From positions 1,136 through 65,135 of the forward strand of contig JANWJV010000001.1 in the NCBI GenBank assembly GCA_025451785.1: a DNA stretch of 64,000 bases. Reading direction: 5' to 3'. The position numbers and the translations under genes are program-made. The notes under the pieces were generated by a model that saw nothing but the letters and a program-made list of their open reading frames with translations, made no database searches and was not told where the DNA came from. Below, piece after piece: positions 1 to 11,071 of the stretch; position 1 is the first letter of the stretch; every line of letters starts with the position of its first letter. Source of the stretch: Bacteroidia bacterium. Its GTDB lineage: Bacteria > Bacteroidota > Bacteroidia > JANWJV01.

Positions 1-185
1 TCGCCGCTTGTTTCGGCATGAACGGTAGCTTCGTCGATAGCCGCTTTCGCCTTCGGAAGCTTGTCCAGTTCCTTGTACGAATAATATGCGTTCAGGTAAT
101 TGATGGCGCTCAGCCTCTTGTTGCTCTGGGCGCTTGCTGCTCCCGCGATGAAAAGCGCAAGCAGTAACATAGATGATCGTTTCAT
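1..185 (-). CDS. Hypothetical secreted protein, N-terminal fragment only (gene runs off the window start); possibly the TPR-type protein often found downstream of gyrA in Bacteroidetes
   Basis: Reverse-complement of 1..185 reads MKRSSMLLLALFIAGAASAQSNKRLSAINYLNAYYSYKELDKLPKAKAAIDEATVHAETSG... with a classic signal peptide. The ATG is at 183-185 and there is no stop before position 1. Only 61 aa are visible. Confidence 0.4.
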   Translation of the reverse strand, partial: MKRSSMLLLALFIAGAASAQSNKRLSAINYLNAYYSYKELDKLPKAKAAIDEATVHAETSG

Positions 186-219
186 CATGGTATTAACGTT
201 TAAGCCTGTGTTTTTATTG

Positions 220-2772
220 TCAGGATTCCGGCGTGGTATCAATTTCTGTTCCGTTCTCTTCACCGCCTTGTCCTTCTTCTTTACCTGTAGACGTTTCGCC
301 TTCCGTGTTTCCATACACTTCTTCGGTGCTTTCTTCAGCGATCTCCACTTTCGCAACGGCGGCAATTTCATCGTCATCGCGCAGGTTAATCAGCTTCACG
401 CCCTGCGATACCCTTCCGATAACGCGGAGGTCACATACCTTGAGGCGAATGGTGATGCCCGAGCGGGTAATGATCATAAGATCATCCTTATCGGTCACAT
501 CCTTAATGGCGATGAGCTCCCCTGTTTTGTCGGTGATATTGATCGTCTTCACACCCTTGCCGCCCCTGTTAGTAACGCGGTACTCTTCCAGGTCGGAACG
601 TTTTCCGAAACCCTTTGAAGCAACTACCAATACGTTGGTGGCAGGATCAGAAAGACAGATCATGCCGATCACTTCGTCTTTGGCACCGCCGAGTGTAATT
701 GCTTTTACACCACTGGCGTTCCTGCCCATGGGCCTTACTTTCTCTTCGGGGAAACGAACCGCTTTGCCCGACTTAAGGGCCATCATGATCTCGCTCTTTC
801 CGTTGGTAAGCCTTGCCTCCAGCAGTGTATCGCCGTCGCGTACCGTAATGGCGTTGATACCTCCCTGGCGCGGCCTTGAATAAGCCTCCAGCGTGGTCTT
901 CTTGATCACACCCTTCTTGGTGCACATTACGATGTAATTATTATTGAGATACTCAGCGTCGCTGAGGTTCTTCACATTGATATAGGCCTTCACCTTGTCA
1001 TCGGGAGGAATGTTGATGAGGTTTTGGATGGCTCTGCCCTTCGAAGCTTTGTTGCCTTCCGGCACTTCAAAGGCCCGCATCCAGAAACATCTTCCCTGTT
1101 CGGTGAACAGCATTAGGTAGTTGTGAGTGGAGGCCACGAACAAATGCTCCAGGAAATCCTCTTCCCTGGTGGTGGTGCCCTTCGCTCCTACCCCTCCCCT
1201 GCTTTGGGTACGGTATTCCGCCAGGGGAGTACGCTTAATATAGCCCATGTGGGAAATGGTGATCACCACCTCTTCGTTGGCGATCATATCTTCGATCCTG
1301 AAATCGCTCGCAGAATATACTATCTCTGTTTTGCGCCCGTCGCCGTATTTTGTTTTGATCTCCCTCAGCTCGTCCTTGATGATCTCCATGCGGAGAAGTT
1401 CGTCGGCGAGTACTTCTTTCAAATAGCTGATGAGTTCCATCAGGCTGTTGTATTCTTCCTTGATCTTGTCGCGCTCAAGGCCTGTCAGCACACGGAGACG
1501 CAGCTCCAGTACCGCCTTGGCCTGTATCTCGCTCATGCCGAAATTGCTCATCAGGCCGTCCTGCGCTGTTTGTGGCGTTGCCGATTCGCGGATAAGCTTG
1601 ATCACTTCGTCGAGGTGATCGAGAGCAATGAGATAGCCCTGCAGTATATGCGCTCTTTTTTCAGCCTGGTCAAGTTCATATTTCGCCCTGCGTATCACCA
1701 CGTCATGGCGGTGGTCAACAAAATACTTGATCAGGTCCTTAAGATTGAGCATCATCGGTCTGCCCGCTACCAGCGCGATGTTATTTACGCTGAAAGAGTT
1801 TTGAAGCTCAGTATATTTATAGAGGTTGTTTAATACCACGTTGGTAATAGCGTCCCTCTTCAGTTCGTACACGATGCGCATTCCGTCGCGGTCACTTTCG
1901 TCGCGTATATCGCTGATGCCTTCCAGTTTTTTATCATTCACGAGGTCGGCGGTCTTCTTGATCATTTCCGCCTTATTGATCTGGTAAGGAATTTCGGTAA
2001 CGATGATGCGTTCGCGGTCGTTAACGGTCTCGATATTGGTTTGGGCCCGCAGCACGATCCTGCCTTTGCCGGTCTCGAACGCATCTTTCACACCTTCGTA
2101 TCCGTAAATAGTTCCTCCTGTAGGGAAATCAGGCGCCTTTACATATTGCATGAGCCCTGCGATATCGATGTCGCGGTTATCGATGAAAGCGATGGTGGCA
2201 TCCACGATCTCGGTCAGGTTGTGAGGAGGCATGTTAGTAGCCATGCCCACGGCGATGCCTGAAGAGCCATTGATAAGCAGGTTGGGGATCCTTGCGGGAA
2301 GTACGGTGGGTTCATCCAGTGAATCATCGAAGTTAGGACGGAAGTCAACGGTCTCCTTATCGATATCGGCAAGCATCTCTTCAGCGATCTTCTGCAGCCT
2401 GGCTTCGGTATAACGCATCGCTGCGGGACTGTCGCCGTCAACGGAACCAAAGTTTCCCTGGCCGTCTACCAGCGGATAACGCAGGCTCCAGTGCTGGGCC
2501 ATACGCACCATGGTGTCGTAAACGGAAGTATCGCCGTGCGGGTGGTATTTACCGAGGACCTCCCCTACTATCCTTGCTGATTTTTTATAGGGCCTGTTGG
2601 AAAGTACACCAAGCTCCTGCATGCCATAAAGCACCCTGCGGTGCACCGGCTTTAGGCCGTCGCGTACATCGGGTAAGGCGCGCGATACGATCACCGACAT
2701 GGAATAGTCGATGTACGCGGCCTTCATTTCTTCTTCAATATTGATGGGAATGATCCTTTCTCCGTCTGCCAT
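220..2772 (-). CDS. gyrA: DNA gyrase subunit A
   Basis: 850 aa. The N-terminus (…[18 protein letters not shown]…) and the catalytic-Tyr region are diagnostic of GyrA. Six C-terminal beta-pinwheel repeats are followed by an acidic tail ([19 protein letters not shown]). Confidence 0.95.
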   Translation of the reverse strand: MADGERIIPINIEEEMKAAYIDYSMSVIVSRALPDVRDGLKPVHRRVLYGMQELGVLSNRPYKKSARIVGEVLGKYHPHGDTSVYDTMVRMAQHWSLRYPLVDGQGNFGSVDGDSPAAMRYTEARLQKIAEEMLADIDKETVDFRPNFDDSLDEPTVLPARIPNLLINGSSGIAVGMATNMPPHNLTEIVDATIAFIDNRDIDIAGLMQYVKAPDFPTGGTIYGYEGVKDAFETGKGRIVLRAQTNIETVNDRERIIVTEIPYQINKAEMIKKTADLVNDKKLEGISDIRDESDRDGMRIVYELKRDAITNVVLNNLYKYTELQNSFSVNNIALVAGRPMMLNLKDLIKYFVDHRHDVVIRRAKYELDQAEKRAHILQGYLIALDHLDEVIKLIRESATPQTAQDGLMSNFGMSEIQAKAVLELRLRVLTGLERDKIKEEYNSLMELISYLKEVLADELLRMEIIKDELREIKTKYGDGRKTEIVYSASDFRIEDMIANEEVVITISHMGYIKRTPLAEYRTQSRGGVGAKGTTTREEDFLEHLFVASTHNYLMLFTEQGRCFWMRAFEVPEGNKASKGRAIQNLINIPPDDKVKAYINVKNLSDAEYLNNNYIVMCTKKGVIKKTTLEAYSRPRQGGINAITVRDGDTLLEARLTNGKSEIMMALKSGKAVRFPEEKVRPMGRNASGVKAITLGGAKDEVIGMICLSDPATNVLVVASKGFGKRSDLEEYRVTNRGGKGVKTINITDKTGELIAIKDVTDKDDLMIITRSGITIRLKVCDLRVIGRVSQGVKLINLRDDDEIAAVAKVEIAEESTEEVYGNTEGETSTGKEEGQGGEENGTEIDTTPES

Positions 2773-2934
2773 GTTATTTTGTCAGTTTAGCTTGGGTTTT
2801 GCATAATAATTGATGTCCTTTTCAAGGCCACCGAAGATACCCATAAATCAAAAACTGGTAAGGCTTTAAAGGGCTATAATTATTAACATTTTCAGGCTTT
2901 ATTAACATTTTCTGGTTAAAAAAAATGAAGAGGC

Positions 2935-2968
2935 TTGTGAAACGTCTGATAAACACTCCTTACCTTTG
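2935..2968 (+). promoter_or_regulatory. Putative Bacteroidetes sigma-A promoter for clpC: -33 TTG (2935-2937) and -7 TAccTTTG (2961-2968)
   Basis: The TAnnTTTG -7 motif sits about 77 nt upstream of the clpC ATG. A TTG lies 23 nt upstream of the TA. Confidence 0.35.
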
Positions 2969-3044
2969 AGAATTATATATTATTGTTTAACTTTATAAAT
3001 GTCTTGATTCCACAAACCCCAGATACACAAAACTAAAACAGTAT

Positions 3045-5582
3045 ATGGAAGCAAAATTCTCACCCAGAGTTAAAGACGTGATCGCGTTCAGCCGCGAGGA
3101 AGCCTTGCGCCTCGGACACGATTACATCGGCACCGAGCATTTGCTTCTCGGTATCATCAGGGAAGGCGAAGGCACCGCTGTCAAGCTCCTCAAATCATTG
3201 GAGGTAGATATGGCAGAGCTCCGAAAGGCCATCGAGCAAAGCATCACCACCACCTCTAAGAAGGTGGTCAATCTCGGAAACATTCCGCTCATCAAACAGG
3301 CGGAGCGCGCGCTCAAGATCACCTATCTTGAGGCGAAGCTCTTCAAAAGCCCTGTGATCGGTACCGAACACTTGCTGCTTTCTATCCTTAAGGATGAAGA
3401 TAACATCGCTACCAAAGCGCTCAAGAAGTTTAAGGTGGATTACGATGTGCTAAAACAAGAGCTCGAGCTTTTTAATGCTGATCCCAAAGCAGAGTTCCCC
3501 GGCAGTCCTACCGACGATGACAGCGATGACGACGCAGGAACATTCGGTGCCAGCTCCAAAAAAGTGGCGGACTCCAAATCAAAGACACCAGTGCTCGATA
3601 ATTTCGGAAGGGACCTTACCAAGGCCGCTGAAGAAGGCAAGCTCGATCCCATTGTGGGAAGGGAAAAAGAGATCGAGCGTGTTTCACAGATCCTCTCCCG
3701 CAGAAAGAAGAACAACCCCATCCTTATTGGTGAGCCCGGCGTAGGTAAATCGGCGATCGCCGAAGGCCTCGCTCTGCGCATTGTGCAGCGCAAGGTTTCG
3801 AGGGTGTTGTTCAATAAACGTGTTGTTACACTTGACCTCGCTTCTCTCGTTGCCGGCACTAAATACAGGGGCCAGTTCGAAGAGCGTATGAAAGCGGTGA
3901 TGAACGAGCTCGAGAAATCACCTGATGTGATCCTCTTCATCGACGAGATACATACCATTATTGGCGCAGGCGGCGCTTCCGGTTCGCTTGACGCGTCCAA
4001 TATGTTCAAGCCCGCCCTTGCCCGCGGGGAGATACAATGCATCGGTGCTACTACCCTCGACGAGTACAGGCAGTACATTGAGAAGGACGGCGCCCTCGAA
4101 AGGCGTTTCCAGAAAGTGATCGTTGAGCCTACTTCACCCGAAGAAACGCTCGAGATCCTCAAGAACATCAAAGAGAAATACGAGGACCATCACAATGTGT
4201 TATATACTGACGATGCCCTTAAGGCTTGCGTGAACCTTACTACCCGTTACATCAGCGACCGTCATTTGCCTGACAAGGCTATCGACGCGATGGACGAAGC
4301 CGGCTCACGTGTGCACATCACCAATATCAACGTTCCGAAGAATATCCTGGAGATCGAAAAAAAGATCGAAGAGATAAAAGAAGAGAAGAACAAAGTGGTG
4401 CGCAGCCAGAAATATGAAGAGGCCGCCAAGCTGAGAGATACCGAAAGGCAATTGCTCGAGCAGCTGGAAACGGCTAAGAAGGCCTGGGAAGAAGAGACCA
4501 AAGTTCACCGTGAGACCGTGTCAGAAGACAATGTGGCCGAAGTGGTGGCCATGATGACAGGCGTTCCTGTTCAGCGTATCGCGCAGAACGAGAGCAACCG
4601 CCTGGTGAAGATGTACGAGGAGCTGAAAGGCAAGGTGATCGGCCAGGACGAAGCGATCAAGAAAGTGGTGAAGGCCATCCAGCGTAACCGCGCGGGACTT
4701 AAAGACCCGAGCAAGCCTATCGGCTCGTTCATTTTCCTTGGTCCTACCGGCGTTGGTAAAACCCAATTGGCCAAGATACTTTCCAAATATCTGTTCGATA
4801 ACGACGATGCGCTGATACGTATCGATATGAGCGAATACATGGAGAAGTTCGCGGTGTCACGCCTGGTGGGCGCGCCTCCCGGATATGTAGGTTATGAAGA
4901 AGGCGGACAGCTTACTGAGAAAGTAAGAAGGCGCCCCTACTCTGTGATCCTCCTCGACGAGATCGAAAAGGCACACCCTGATGTGTTCAACCTGCTGCTG
5001 CAGGCGCTCGACGACGGGCAGCTGACCGACAGCCTTGGAAGAAAGGTGGATTTCAAGAACACCATCATTATCATGACCTCGAACATCGGTTCACGCCAGC
5101 TCAAGGATTTCGGACAAGGCGTAGGCTTTGCCACCAATGCCAAGGTGAACTCCGCCGATGATCATACCAAAGGTGTTATTGAGAACGCGCTGAAAAAAGC
5201 CTTTGCCCCTGAGTTCCTGAACAGGATCGACGACGTGATCCTGTTTAACTCGCTCAGCCGTGAAGACATCCACAGCATTATTGACATCGAACTTGACAAG
5301 CTTTATAACCGCATCAACAATCTCGGCTATACCATTAAGCTTACTGAGGAAGCCAAGGATTTTATTGTGGAAAAGGGCTACGACTCGCAGTTCGGCGCAA
5401 GGCCGCTGAAACGAGCCATCCAAAAATACCTGGAAGATCCGCTCGCTGAAGAGATAATTCGTTCCGGTGTGGTAGAAGGCGATGTGATAGAGGCCGGCTT
5501 CGATAAGGAGAAGCAGGAGATCACCATGAAGGTTGTGAAGCCCAAGGCTAAGAAAGACAAGAAGGACAAGAAGGAAGAATAA
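3045..5582 (+). CDS. clpC: ATP-dependent Clp protease ATP-binding subunit ClpC (class III AAA+ chaperone)
   Basis: 845 aa. Two Clp_N repeats (…GTEHLLLGI…), AAA1 Walker A GEPGVGKSAIAEGLA, a UVR-type linker helix, and AAA2 Walker A GPTGVGKTQLAK. Carries an Asp-rich insertion after Clp_N. Confidence 0.9.
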   Translation: MEAKFSPRVKDVIAFSREEALRLGHDYIGTEHLLLGIIREGEGTAVKLLKSLEVDMAELRKAIEQSITTTSKKVVNLGNIPLIKQAERALKITYLEAKLFKSPVIGTEHLLLSILKDEDNIATKALKKFKVDYDVLKQELELFNADPKAEFPGSPTDDDSDDDAGTFGASSKKVADSKSKTPVLDNFGRDLTKAAEEGKLDPIVGREKEIERVSQILSRRKKNNPILIGEPGVGKSAIAEGLALRIVQRKVSRVLFNKRVVTLDLASLVAGTKYRGQFEERMKAVMNELEKSPDVILFIDEIHTIIGAGGASGSLDASNMFKPALARGEIQCIGATTLDEYRQYIEKDGALERRFQKVIVEPTSPEETLEILKNIKEKYEDHHNVLYTDDALKACVNLTTRYISDRHLPDKAIDAMDEAGSRVHITNINVPKNILEIEKKIEEIKEEKNKVVRSQKYEEAAKLRDTERQLLEQLETAKKAWEEETKVHRETVSEDNVAEVVAMMTGVPVQRIAQNESNRLVKMYEELKGKVIGQDEAIKKVVKAIQRNRAGLKDPSKPIGSFIFLGPTGVGKTQLAKILSKYLFDNDDALIRIDMSEYMEKFAVSRLVGAPPGYVGYEEGGQLTEKVRRRPYSVILLDEIEKAHPDVFNLLLQALDDGQLTDSLGRKVDFKNTIIIMTSNIGSRQLKDFGQGVGFATNAKVNSADDHTKGVIENALKKAFAPEFLNRIDDVILFNSLSREDIHSIIDIELDKLYNRINNLGYTIKLTEEAKDFIVEKGYDSQFGARPLKRAIQKYLEDPLAEEIIRSGVVEGDVIEAGFDKEKQEITMKVVKPKAKKDKKDKKEE

Positions 5583-5605
5583 GATTCAAGGAGATCACAA
5601 TACAA

Positions 5606-5636
5606 CCCTGTAGCGTTATGCTGCAGGGTTTTTTAT
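5606..5636. terminator. Bidirectional rho-independent terminator between convergent clpC and the minus-strand gene
   Basis: Hairpin ccctgtagcg-ttat-gctgcaggg followed by a T6 run. Confidence 0.55.
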
Positions 5637-6310
5637 TGCTTGATGGGGTTGTTGGTGCCGTCGCCCGACTTCTTACGCTTGGAGAAGCCATAGAAGAACC
5701 CAAAGCCGAAATCAAGATACGTAGTGGGCCCGCCAAGTTCATAATCCCTGTAGGGCTTGTGGTCGTTCAGGCAAAGGAAATAAGGGTCGAAGGCTTTATC
5801 CATCATGTAATAAGATACATTGATGCCGATCGCGAAATTACTTTCGATATAAAAGTTCATGATCAGCTCCGGCTCAATGAAGTTGGCTTTGTAGCTAAAG
5901 GCATGGTCGGCCGGTGTATAACACGATACAGCCGCGAAGTTGGTCCAGGTAACTCCCCCGTTGATCGCCATGGTAAGAAATGCCTTATTGCCTACATACC
6001 AATCGTAGCCTATCTTTCCCCCAGCGGAATACATCTCCATGGTGGTCTTCAGGTTGGGGATCTTGTTAGGCGGTATCTTCAGCAGGCTGGCCTTTCCCAT
6101 TCCACCGGCGAAAAATCCCCCATAATAGTTGTAGCATACAGAACCGTTGATGTCGAATACGCCAACGAACGTTTTGGTGAAGGCCCGGTTTACAATGGGC
6201 GAAGGCACCGAACAGGTGGCCCTTGCGTTTAACTTATGCTTGGGCTCTGATTGAGCAAAACAAGAGGCAGAAAGAAGAAAAAGACAAATGATTCCGGGAA
6301 CTCGCTTCAT
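5633..6310 (-). CDS. Hypothetical outer-membrane beta-barrel-like protein with signal peptide
   Basis: 225 aa. Signal peptide MKRVPGIICLFLLSASCFAQ. Gly/Tyr/Phe-rich, alternating-hydrophobic composition and a C-terminal aromatic-rich segment typical of small Bacteroidetes OMP barrels. No specific family recognised. Confidence 0.5.
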   Translation of the reverse strand: MKRVPGIICLFLLSASCFAQSEPKHKLNARATCSVPSPIVNRAFTKTFVGVFDINGSVCYNYYGGFFAGGMGKASLLKIPPNKIPNLKTTMEMYSAGGKIGYDWYVGNKAFLTMAINGGVTWTNFAAVSCYTPADHAFSYKANFIEPELIMNFYIESNFAIGINVSYYMMDKAFDPYFLCLNDHKPYRDYELGGPTTYLDFGFGFFYGFSKRKKSGDGTNNPIKQ

Positions 6311-6365
6311 ATCTTCTCTGTTGGGGGCTTTATTACCAGACGCAGCACCGTTCGCAAAGGTTGCT

Positions 6366-7175
6366 TTACGCTGAGAACTTTGCCATGGCTTCCATGCTTA
6401 CTCCGGTGGTGGAGTATCCCCCATCGTGGTACAGGTTCTGCATGGTTACCATGCGGGTAAGGTCGGAGAACATGGTAATGCAGTAATCGGCGCATGACTC
6501 GGCGCTTGCGTTGCCAAGAGGTGACAGCGTATCGGCGAAATTGAAAAAATCGTCGAAACCCTTAATGCCGCTACCCGCAGTGGTGCGTGTAGGCGACTGT
6601 GATACTGAATTGACACGCACCTTGTTCTTCTTGCCATAATGATATCCGAAACTTCGTACGATGGATTCGAGCATGGCTTTGGCTTCTGCCATATCATTAT
6701 AAAAAGGATAAGCGCGCTGTGCGGCGATATACGAAAGCGCTACTACACTGCCTCCGGCGCTGAGCGCATCCTGTTTCCAGGCTACGCTCATCATCTTGTG
6801 TAGCGACATTGCTGAAACATCCAATGACTTGGCGTAGAAATCGTAATTAAGTTCTGAGTAGGGAATGTTCTTGCGTACGTTGGGCGACATACCGATAGAG
6901 TGAAGCACGAAATCGATCTTGCCCCCCAGCACCTCCTGTGACTTTGTAAAAAGGTTGCTGAGCTCGTCCATTGAGGTGGCGTCGGCCGGCACTATTTCGG
7001 AGCCGCAGGCCTCCGCCAGTTTCTTGATCTCTCCCATGCGCATGGCGATGGGCGCGTTGGTAAGTACGAACTTAGCCCCCTGCGCATGCGCTCTTTCCGC
7101 CACTTTCCATGCGATAGAGCTTGAGTCGAGCGCACCCGATATAATGCCTCTTTTTCCCTTTAACAGATCGTTCAT
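6366..7175 (-). CDS. fabI: Enoyl-[acyl-carrier-protein] reductase (NADH), FabI
   Basis: 269 aa SDR. N-terminal GKRGIISGALDSSSIAW glycine motif and Y…K active-site spacing are characteristic of FabI. Confidence 0.9.
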   Translation of the reverse strand: MNDLLKGKRGIISGALDSSSIAWKVAERAHAQGAKFVLTNAPIAMRMGEIKKLAEACGSEIVPADATSMDELSNLFTKSQEVLGGKIDFVLHSIGMSPNVRKNIPYSELNYDFYAKSLDVSAMSLHKMMSVAWKQDALSAGGSVVALSYIAAQRAYPFYNDMAEAKAMLESIVRSFGYHYGKKNKVRVNSVSQSPTRTTAGSGIKGFDDFFNFADTLSPLGNASAESCADYCITMFSDLTRMVTMQNLYHDGGYSTTGVSMEAMAKFSA

Positions 7176-7228
7176 AAACTTGAGTTTGTTTAGTACAGAA
7201 CAAATATATCATCTTTTGTTATTCGCTA

Positions 7229-8884
7229 CTATCCCTCCAGGAGTTCCCTGGCGTTTCGCAGGGCAGCCTCCGAGGGTTTCCCTGAACTTAGAAGGCGCGC
7301 GATCTCTTCTACACGTTCGTTCCTGGCAAGCTCCCTGAAGCGGGTGAAGGTCTTCCCTCCTTTCTCTTCCTTGTAAACGTAGAGGTGCGAAGCCGCGAGG
7401 CCCGCGATCTGCGGAAGGTGGCTGATGCTGATCACCTGCATGGTGCCTGCCATTTTACGCATGATCTCCCCTGCCCTGCCGGCGGTTGACCCGCTGATAC
7501 CTGTGTCGATCTCATCGAAGATAACGGTGGGAAGCAATGAAGAACGGGCGATGAGCGATTTGAGCGCCAGCATGAGCCTCGATAGCTCACCACCCGAAGC
7601 GATCTTCTGTATTTCTTTTGGGGCGGCGCCCTTATTTGCGGAGAACAGGAAAGACACGCGGTCGATCCCATCGGGTCCGGGTGTGTCCAGTACTTCGTTC
7701 ACAATTTCCAGGCGTCCTGAAGGCATCGCGAGATCAGCAAGCAGCATAGACACTTCTTTCTCGATCAGGGGTATTGTTTTTGCCCGGCGGGCTGAAAGAA
7801 GTTTCGCCTTGGCAGCCATTGCTTCTTCGAGCTCATCGATGGCCGTGTTGGCCTTTTTAATGTCTGTTTCAAGTGAGCTGATGCCCAGCAATTTTTCGCT
7901 TATATCTTCTCTGATCTTTAAAAGTTCTTCCACCGTTTTTACCTGGTGTTTGTGCTGAAGCCTGTAAAGAGCGTCGAGTTGCGCGTTCAGGTCGCTGATG
8001 CGTTTAGGATCGTAGTTAACAGCGCTTTCAGAATTGCTCGTTTCATTGGAGAGGTCCTTTAGTTCCAACAGCAGGCTGTTCAACCGGTCATGCAGGCCGT
8101 TAAAAGTGGCCCCGTATTTTGAGATACCGGCCAATAACAGTTTTACTTCCTTCATTACGGTAAGCAAGCTACCCTCTCCCCCATCCATGGCATTAGTGGC
8201 GCGCGATAGCGCTTCTTTTATTTTCTCCGCATTGTTGAGGGTGGAAAGTTCTTCCTCCATTTCCTCCTGCGATACACCCGAGAGCCCTGCGCTGTCTAAT
8301 TCCTGGAACTGGAACTGGAGGTAGTCCAGGTCCTTGCGGCTTTGGGCTTCTTTCGTGAGCAGGAGCTCCAGCTCCAATCGCTGGCGCTTGTATTCCTTAT
8401 GGTCTTTGCGATATCCTTCCAGCAGCTTTTCCTGCTGCGCCATGGCGTCGATCACCGAAAGCTGGAAAGCGGAGTCGTTGAGCGAAAGTGTTTCATGCTG
8501 TGAGTGAATATCAATGAGGCGTAAGCCGAGCTCCTTTAGCAGCGCCAGGTTCACCGGGCTGTCGTTGATGAAGGCCCTTGATTTTCCTTCGCTGCTTATC
8601 TCCCGGCGCAGGATGGTCTCCTCCTGGTATTCGAGCTCACGTTCTTGGAAGAATTTTTTGAGATCGTGTTTGCGGATATCGAACACTCCTTCTATCACGC
8701 ATTTGTTCTTGCGGTCATACAGCGACTGCGTATCCGCCCGCTCTCCCAACACCAGGCCCAACGCTCCCAGCAGCACCGATTTGCCCGCGCCGGTCTCGCC
8801 GGTGATAATGGTAAAACCATTGCCGAAAGCGATCTCAGCACGGTCGATGAGCGCATAGTTCTGTACGCAGAGTAGTTTGAGCAT
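7229..8884 (-). CDS. recN: DNA repair protein RecN
   Basis: 551 aa. N-terminal Walker A GETGAGKSVLLGALGLVLGERAD, a long coiled-coil middle, and a C-terminal SMC signature/Walker B region. Confidence 0.93.
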   Translation of the reverse strand: MLKLLCVQNYALIDRAEIAFGNGFTIITGETGAGKSVLLGALGLVLGERADTQSLYDRKNKCVIEGVFDIRKHDLKKFFQERELEYQEETILRREISSEGKSRAFINDSPVNLALLKELGLRLIDIHSQHETLSLNDSAFQLSVIDAMAQQEKLLEGYRKDHKEYKRQRLELELLLTKEAQSRKDLDYLQFQFQELDSAGLSGVSQEEMEEELSTLNNAEKIKEALSRATNAMDGGEGSLLTVMKEVKLLLAGISKYGATFNGLHDRLNSLLLELKDLSNETSNSESAVNYDPKRISDLNAQLDALYRLQHKHQVKTVEELLKIREDISEKLLGISSLETDIKKANTAIDELEEAMAAKAKLLSARRAKTIPLIEKEVSMLLADLAMPSGRLEIVNEVLDTPGPDGIDRVSFLFSANKGAAPKEIQKIASGGELSRLMLALKSLIARSSLLPTVIFDEIDTGISGSTAGRAGEIMRKMAGTMQVISISHLPQIAGLAASHLYVYKEEKGGKTFTRFRELARNERVEEIARLLSSGKPSEAALRNARELLEG

Positions 8885-8936
8885 TCCGGTTAAAATTCCG
8901 GAATAAAAATAATATTAAATGGGATATTAAAAGAGA

Positions 8937-9842
8937 TTAATTACCAGAGGCAAGTATCTTTTGATACTTATTGCTGTTGGCGGGGTCTATCTCGTCGAGG
9001 AGGTTCACCACCTTGTTCTTCTCCTCAGTGAACGACTGTGAGAAGATATTGATGATCTCTGTGGCTTTGGCCTCAAAGAAAAGCTGCATGTTGAAGGAGA
9101 GCGGTTTCACCTGGTGCACCTTGCGAAGCAGCTCAAGGCTTTCGGCGATGGCCTGCCTGCCGGTCTCTTTTGTGTTTTGCATGAGGTCGAGGCCCAGGCG
9201 GTGATATTTATACATGCACTCGCGCATGGGCGAAAAGGCCGGGCTGAGCATGTTCTCCATGTACCAGTAGCGGTTGCGTGTGCCTTCGTAGGCCTTCCAG
9301 CCTTTCTCCTGCGCGTTTTGGGCGTTGTTCACAATGGTCTGCGCCTTCTGGAAATAGGGGGTTCCGCCATTGAGCGAAAAAGTATCGTAATCGAGGCCAA
9401 GCACCACGTACACATAATAAGCAAGTGTTGAGGTAAGGTTTGAAACGAAAGTAGCTTCCGAATAATCGAGCGATTGTGATTCGATGTATTTGAACTGGAA
9501 CTCATCATCAAGGTAATTCAGGATCGGCGAAGGATAAGAGGTTTTGTAGGCAGGCCTGCGTGAGATCACCTGCAGGGTGGCCTTGAACTCATCCACCGAA
9601 AGTTTCTCAGTAATGTTGATAATGAAAGTGCATTCTATCTTTTCGCTCGGCTGAAAGGTTTCCTTGGTCCATTTGGTATTGTTCACAAATTCGTAAATGG
9701 ATTTCTGGAGCGCGTCGAAGATCACCTTGTCGGTCTGCCCCTGTATCTGGGGCGAAAGCACCTGTACTGTGCAGTTCAGCTCCTGGGCGGGAGCTAATCC
9801 CGCCAGAAGGATGATCATGAGGAGCGACAGGGCCTTACGCAT
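8937..9842 (-). CDS. Secreted hypothetical protein (DUF4835-like; conserved between coaBC and recN in Bacteroidetes)
   Basis: 301 aa with signal peptide MRKALSLLMIILLAGLAPAQ. Its start overlaps the coaBC stop by 8 nt. The family assignment is from memory of the conserved synteny, not from a search. Confidence 0.6.
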   Translation of the reverse strand: MRKALSLLMIILLAGLAPAQELNCTVQVLSPQIQGQTDKVIFDALQKSIYEFVNNTKWTKETFQPSEKIECTFIINITEKLSVDEFKATLQVISRRPAYKTSYPSPILNYLDDEFQFKYIESQSLDYSEATFVSNLTSTLAYYVYVVLGLDYDTFSLNGGTPYFQKAQTIVNNAQNAQEKGWKAYEGTRNRYWYMENMLSPAFSPMRECMYKYHRLGLDLMQNTKETGRQAIAESLELLRKVHQVKPLSFNMQLFFEAKATEIINIFSQSFTEEKNKVVNLLDEIDPANSNKYQKILASGN

Positions 9843-11043
9843 GTTTGATCTTCTTAATTATTTCCAAGACGATGTCCTTTGCGACAAGTTGCTTCGTCTT
9901 GAGGTCAAAATTAAGGGTTTTATTGTTTTTATCAAGAATGCTCACCTTATTTGAGTCGCCGCTGAATCCCGCCCCTTTTTGCCTCAATGAATTGAGCACT
10001 ATCATGTCGAGGTTCTTCTTTCTTAGCTTTTCCTTTGCGTTGGCTACCTCATTGTCGGTTTCAAGCGCAAAGCCAACGAGCAATTGTTTTTTTGTCTTTC
10101 TCTTGCCCAGTTCTGCGGCAATGTCCTTTGTCTTTACAAGTGCGATCTCAGGTACTTTCCCTTCTTTTTTCTTGATCTTTTTCGCGGAGGCTTTTTCAGG
10201 CCTGAAGTCGGCCACAGCGGCGGCAAGAATGGCAATATCGGTATTCTTAAAAGTCCCCGCCGCAGCCTGGTACATTTCTTCGGCGCTGGTCACATCAATG
10301 CGTTTGATACTCTTGTTCCTGAGCTCCAACTGGTTGGGGCCGCACACAAGTGTAACGAAGGCTCCTGCGGCTGCAAGTTCCTCTGCCAGCGCAAAGCCCA
10401 TCTTTCCGGAAGAATGATTGCCGATAAAGCGAACAGGGTCAATGGCTTCGTAGGTGGGGCCGGCTGTTACGAGCGCCGATCTACCAGCGAGCGGAAGTTT
10501 TTTTTTTAAGGAAGTCCTCAGGAAGTCCATGATCTCCTCCGGTTCAGCCATGCGTCCTTCGCCGTATAAACCGCTTGCCAATTCCCCATCGCCGGGAGGT
10601 ATAATGGTATTACTGAAAGAGGATAGTTTTTTCAGGTTGGCCAATGTGCTGGGATGTTTGTACATATCGGCATCCATGGCAGGCGCCAGGTACACAGGGC
10701 AGCGTGCCGAGAGATAGGTAGCCATAAGGAGGTTGTCGCAGGCACCGCTGGCCATTTTTGCGATGGTGTTGGCTGAAGCCGGGGCTATCAGGAGGAGGTC
10801 GGCCCAAAGGCCCAGTTCCACATGGTTGTTCCACTCCCCTGTTTTACCCTTGGTGAATTCGGTGAGCACGGGATGCCTGGAAAGTGTGCTGAGTGTAAGC
10901 GGCGTGATAAAATCGTGAGCGGCGGGTGTCATGATCACACGCACTTCCGCCCCTTCTTTCACAAGAAGACGTAACAGAAAAGCCGCTTTATAAGCAGCGA
11001 TGCTGGCGGTAACACCGAGGATGATCTTTTTTCCGTTGAGCAC
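9835..11043 (-). CDS. coaBC: Bifunctional phosphopantothenoylcysteine decarboxylase / phosphopantothenate--cysteine ligase
   Basis: 402 aa. N-terminal flavoprotein domain (KKIILGVTASIAAYKA…) and a C-terminal DFP/CoaB ligase domain. Confidence 0.9.
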   Translation of the reverse strand: MLNGKKIILGVTASIAAYKAAFLLRLLVKEGAEVRVIMTPAAHDFITPLTLSTLSRHPVLTEFTKGKTGEWNNHVELGLWADLLLIAPASANTIAKMASGACDNLLMATYLSARCPVYLAPAMDADMYKHPSTLANLKKLSSFSNTIIPPGDGELASGLYGEGRMAEPEEIMDFLRTSLKKKLPLAGRSALVTAGPTYEAIDPVRFIGNHSSGKMGFALAEELAAAGAFVTLVCGPNQLELRNKSIKRIDVTSAEEMYQAAAGTFKNTDIAILAAAVADFRPEKASAKKIKKKEGKVPEIALVKTKDIAAELGKRKTKKQLLVGFALETDNEVANAKEKLRKKNLDMIVLNSLRQKGAGFSGDSNKVSILDKNNKTLNFDLKTKQLVAKDIVLEIIKKIKHA

Positions 11044-11071
11044 GGCCGACGGAATTCAGGAAATGAAAAGC

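Noticed and set aside
100-1833. Plus-strand ORFs 100..618, 233..883 and 1123..1833
   Set aside because: All are antisense to gyrA, which is unambiguous.
5618-6232. Plus-strand ORF 5618..6232 (204 aa)
   Set aside because: It is antisense to the signal-peptide-bearing OMP-like gene on the minus strand. It has no start context and no motifs.
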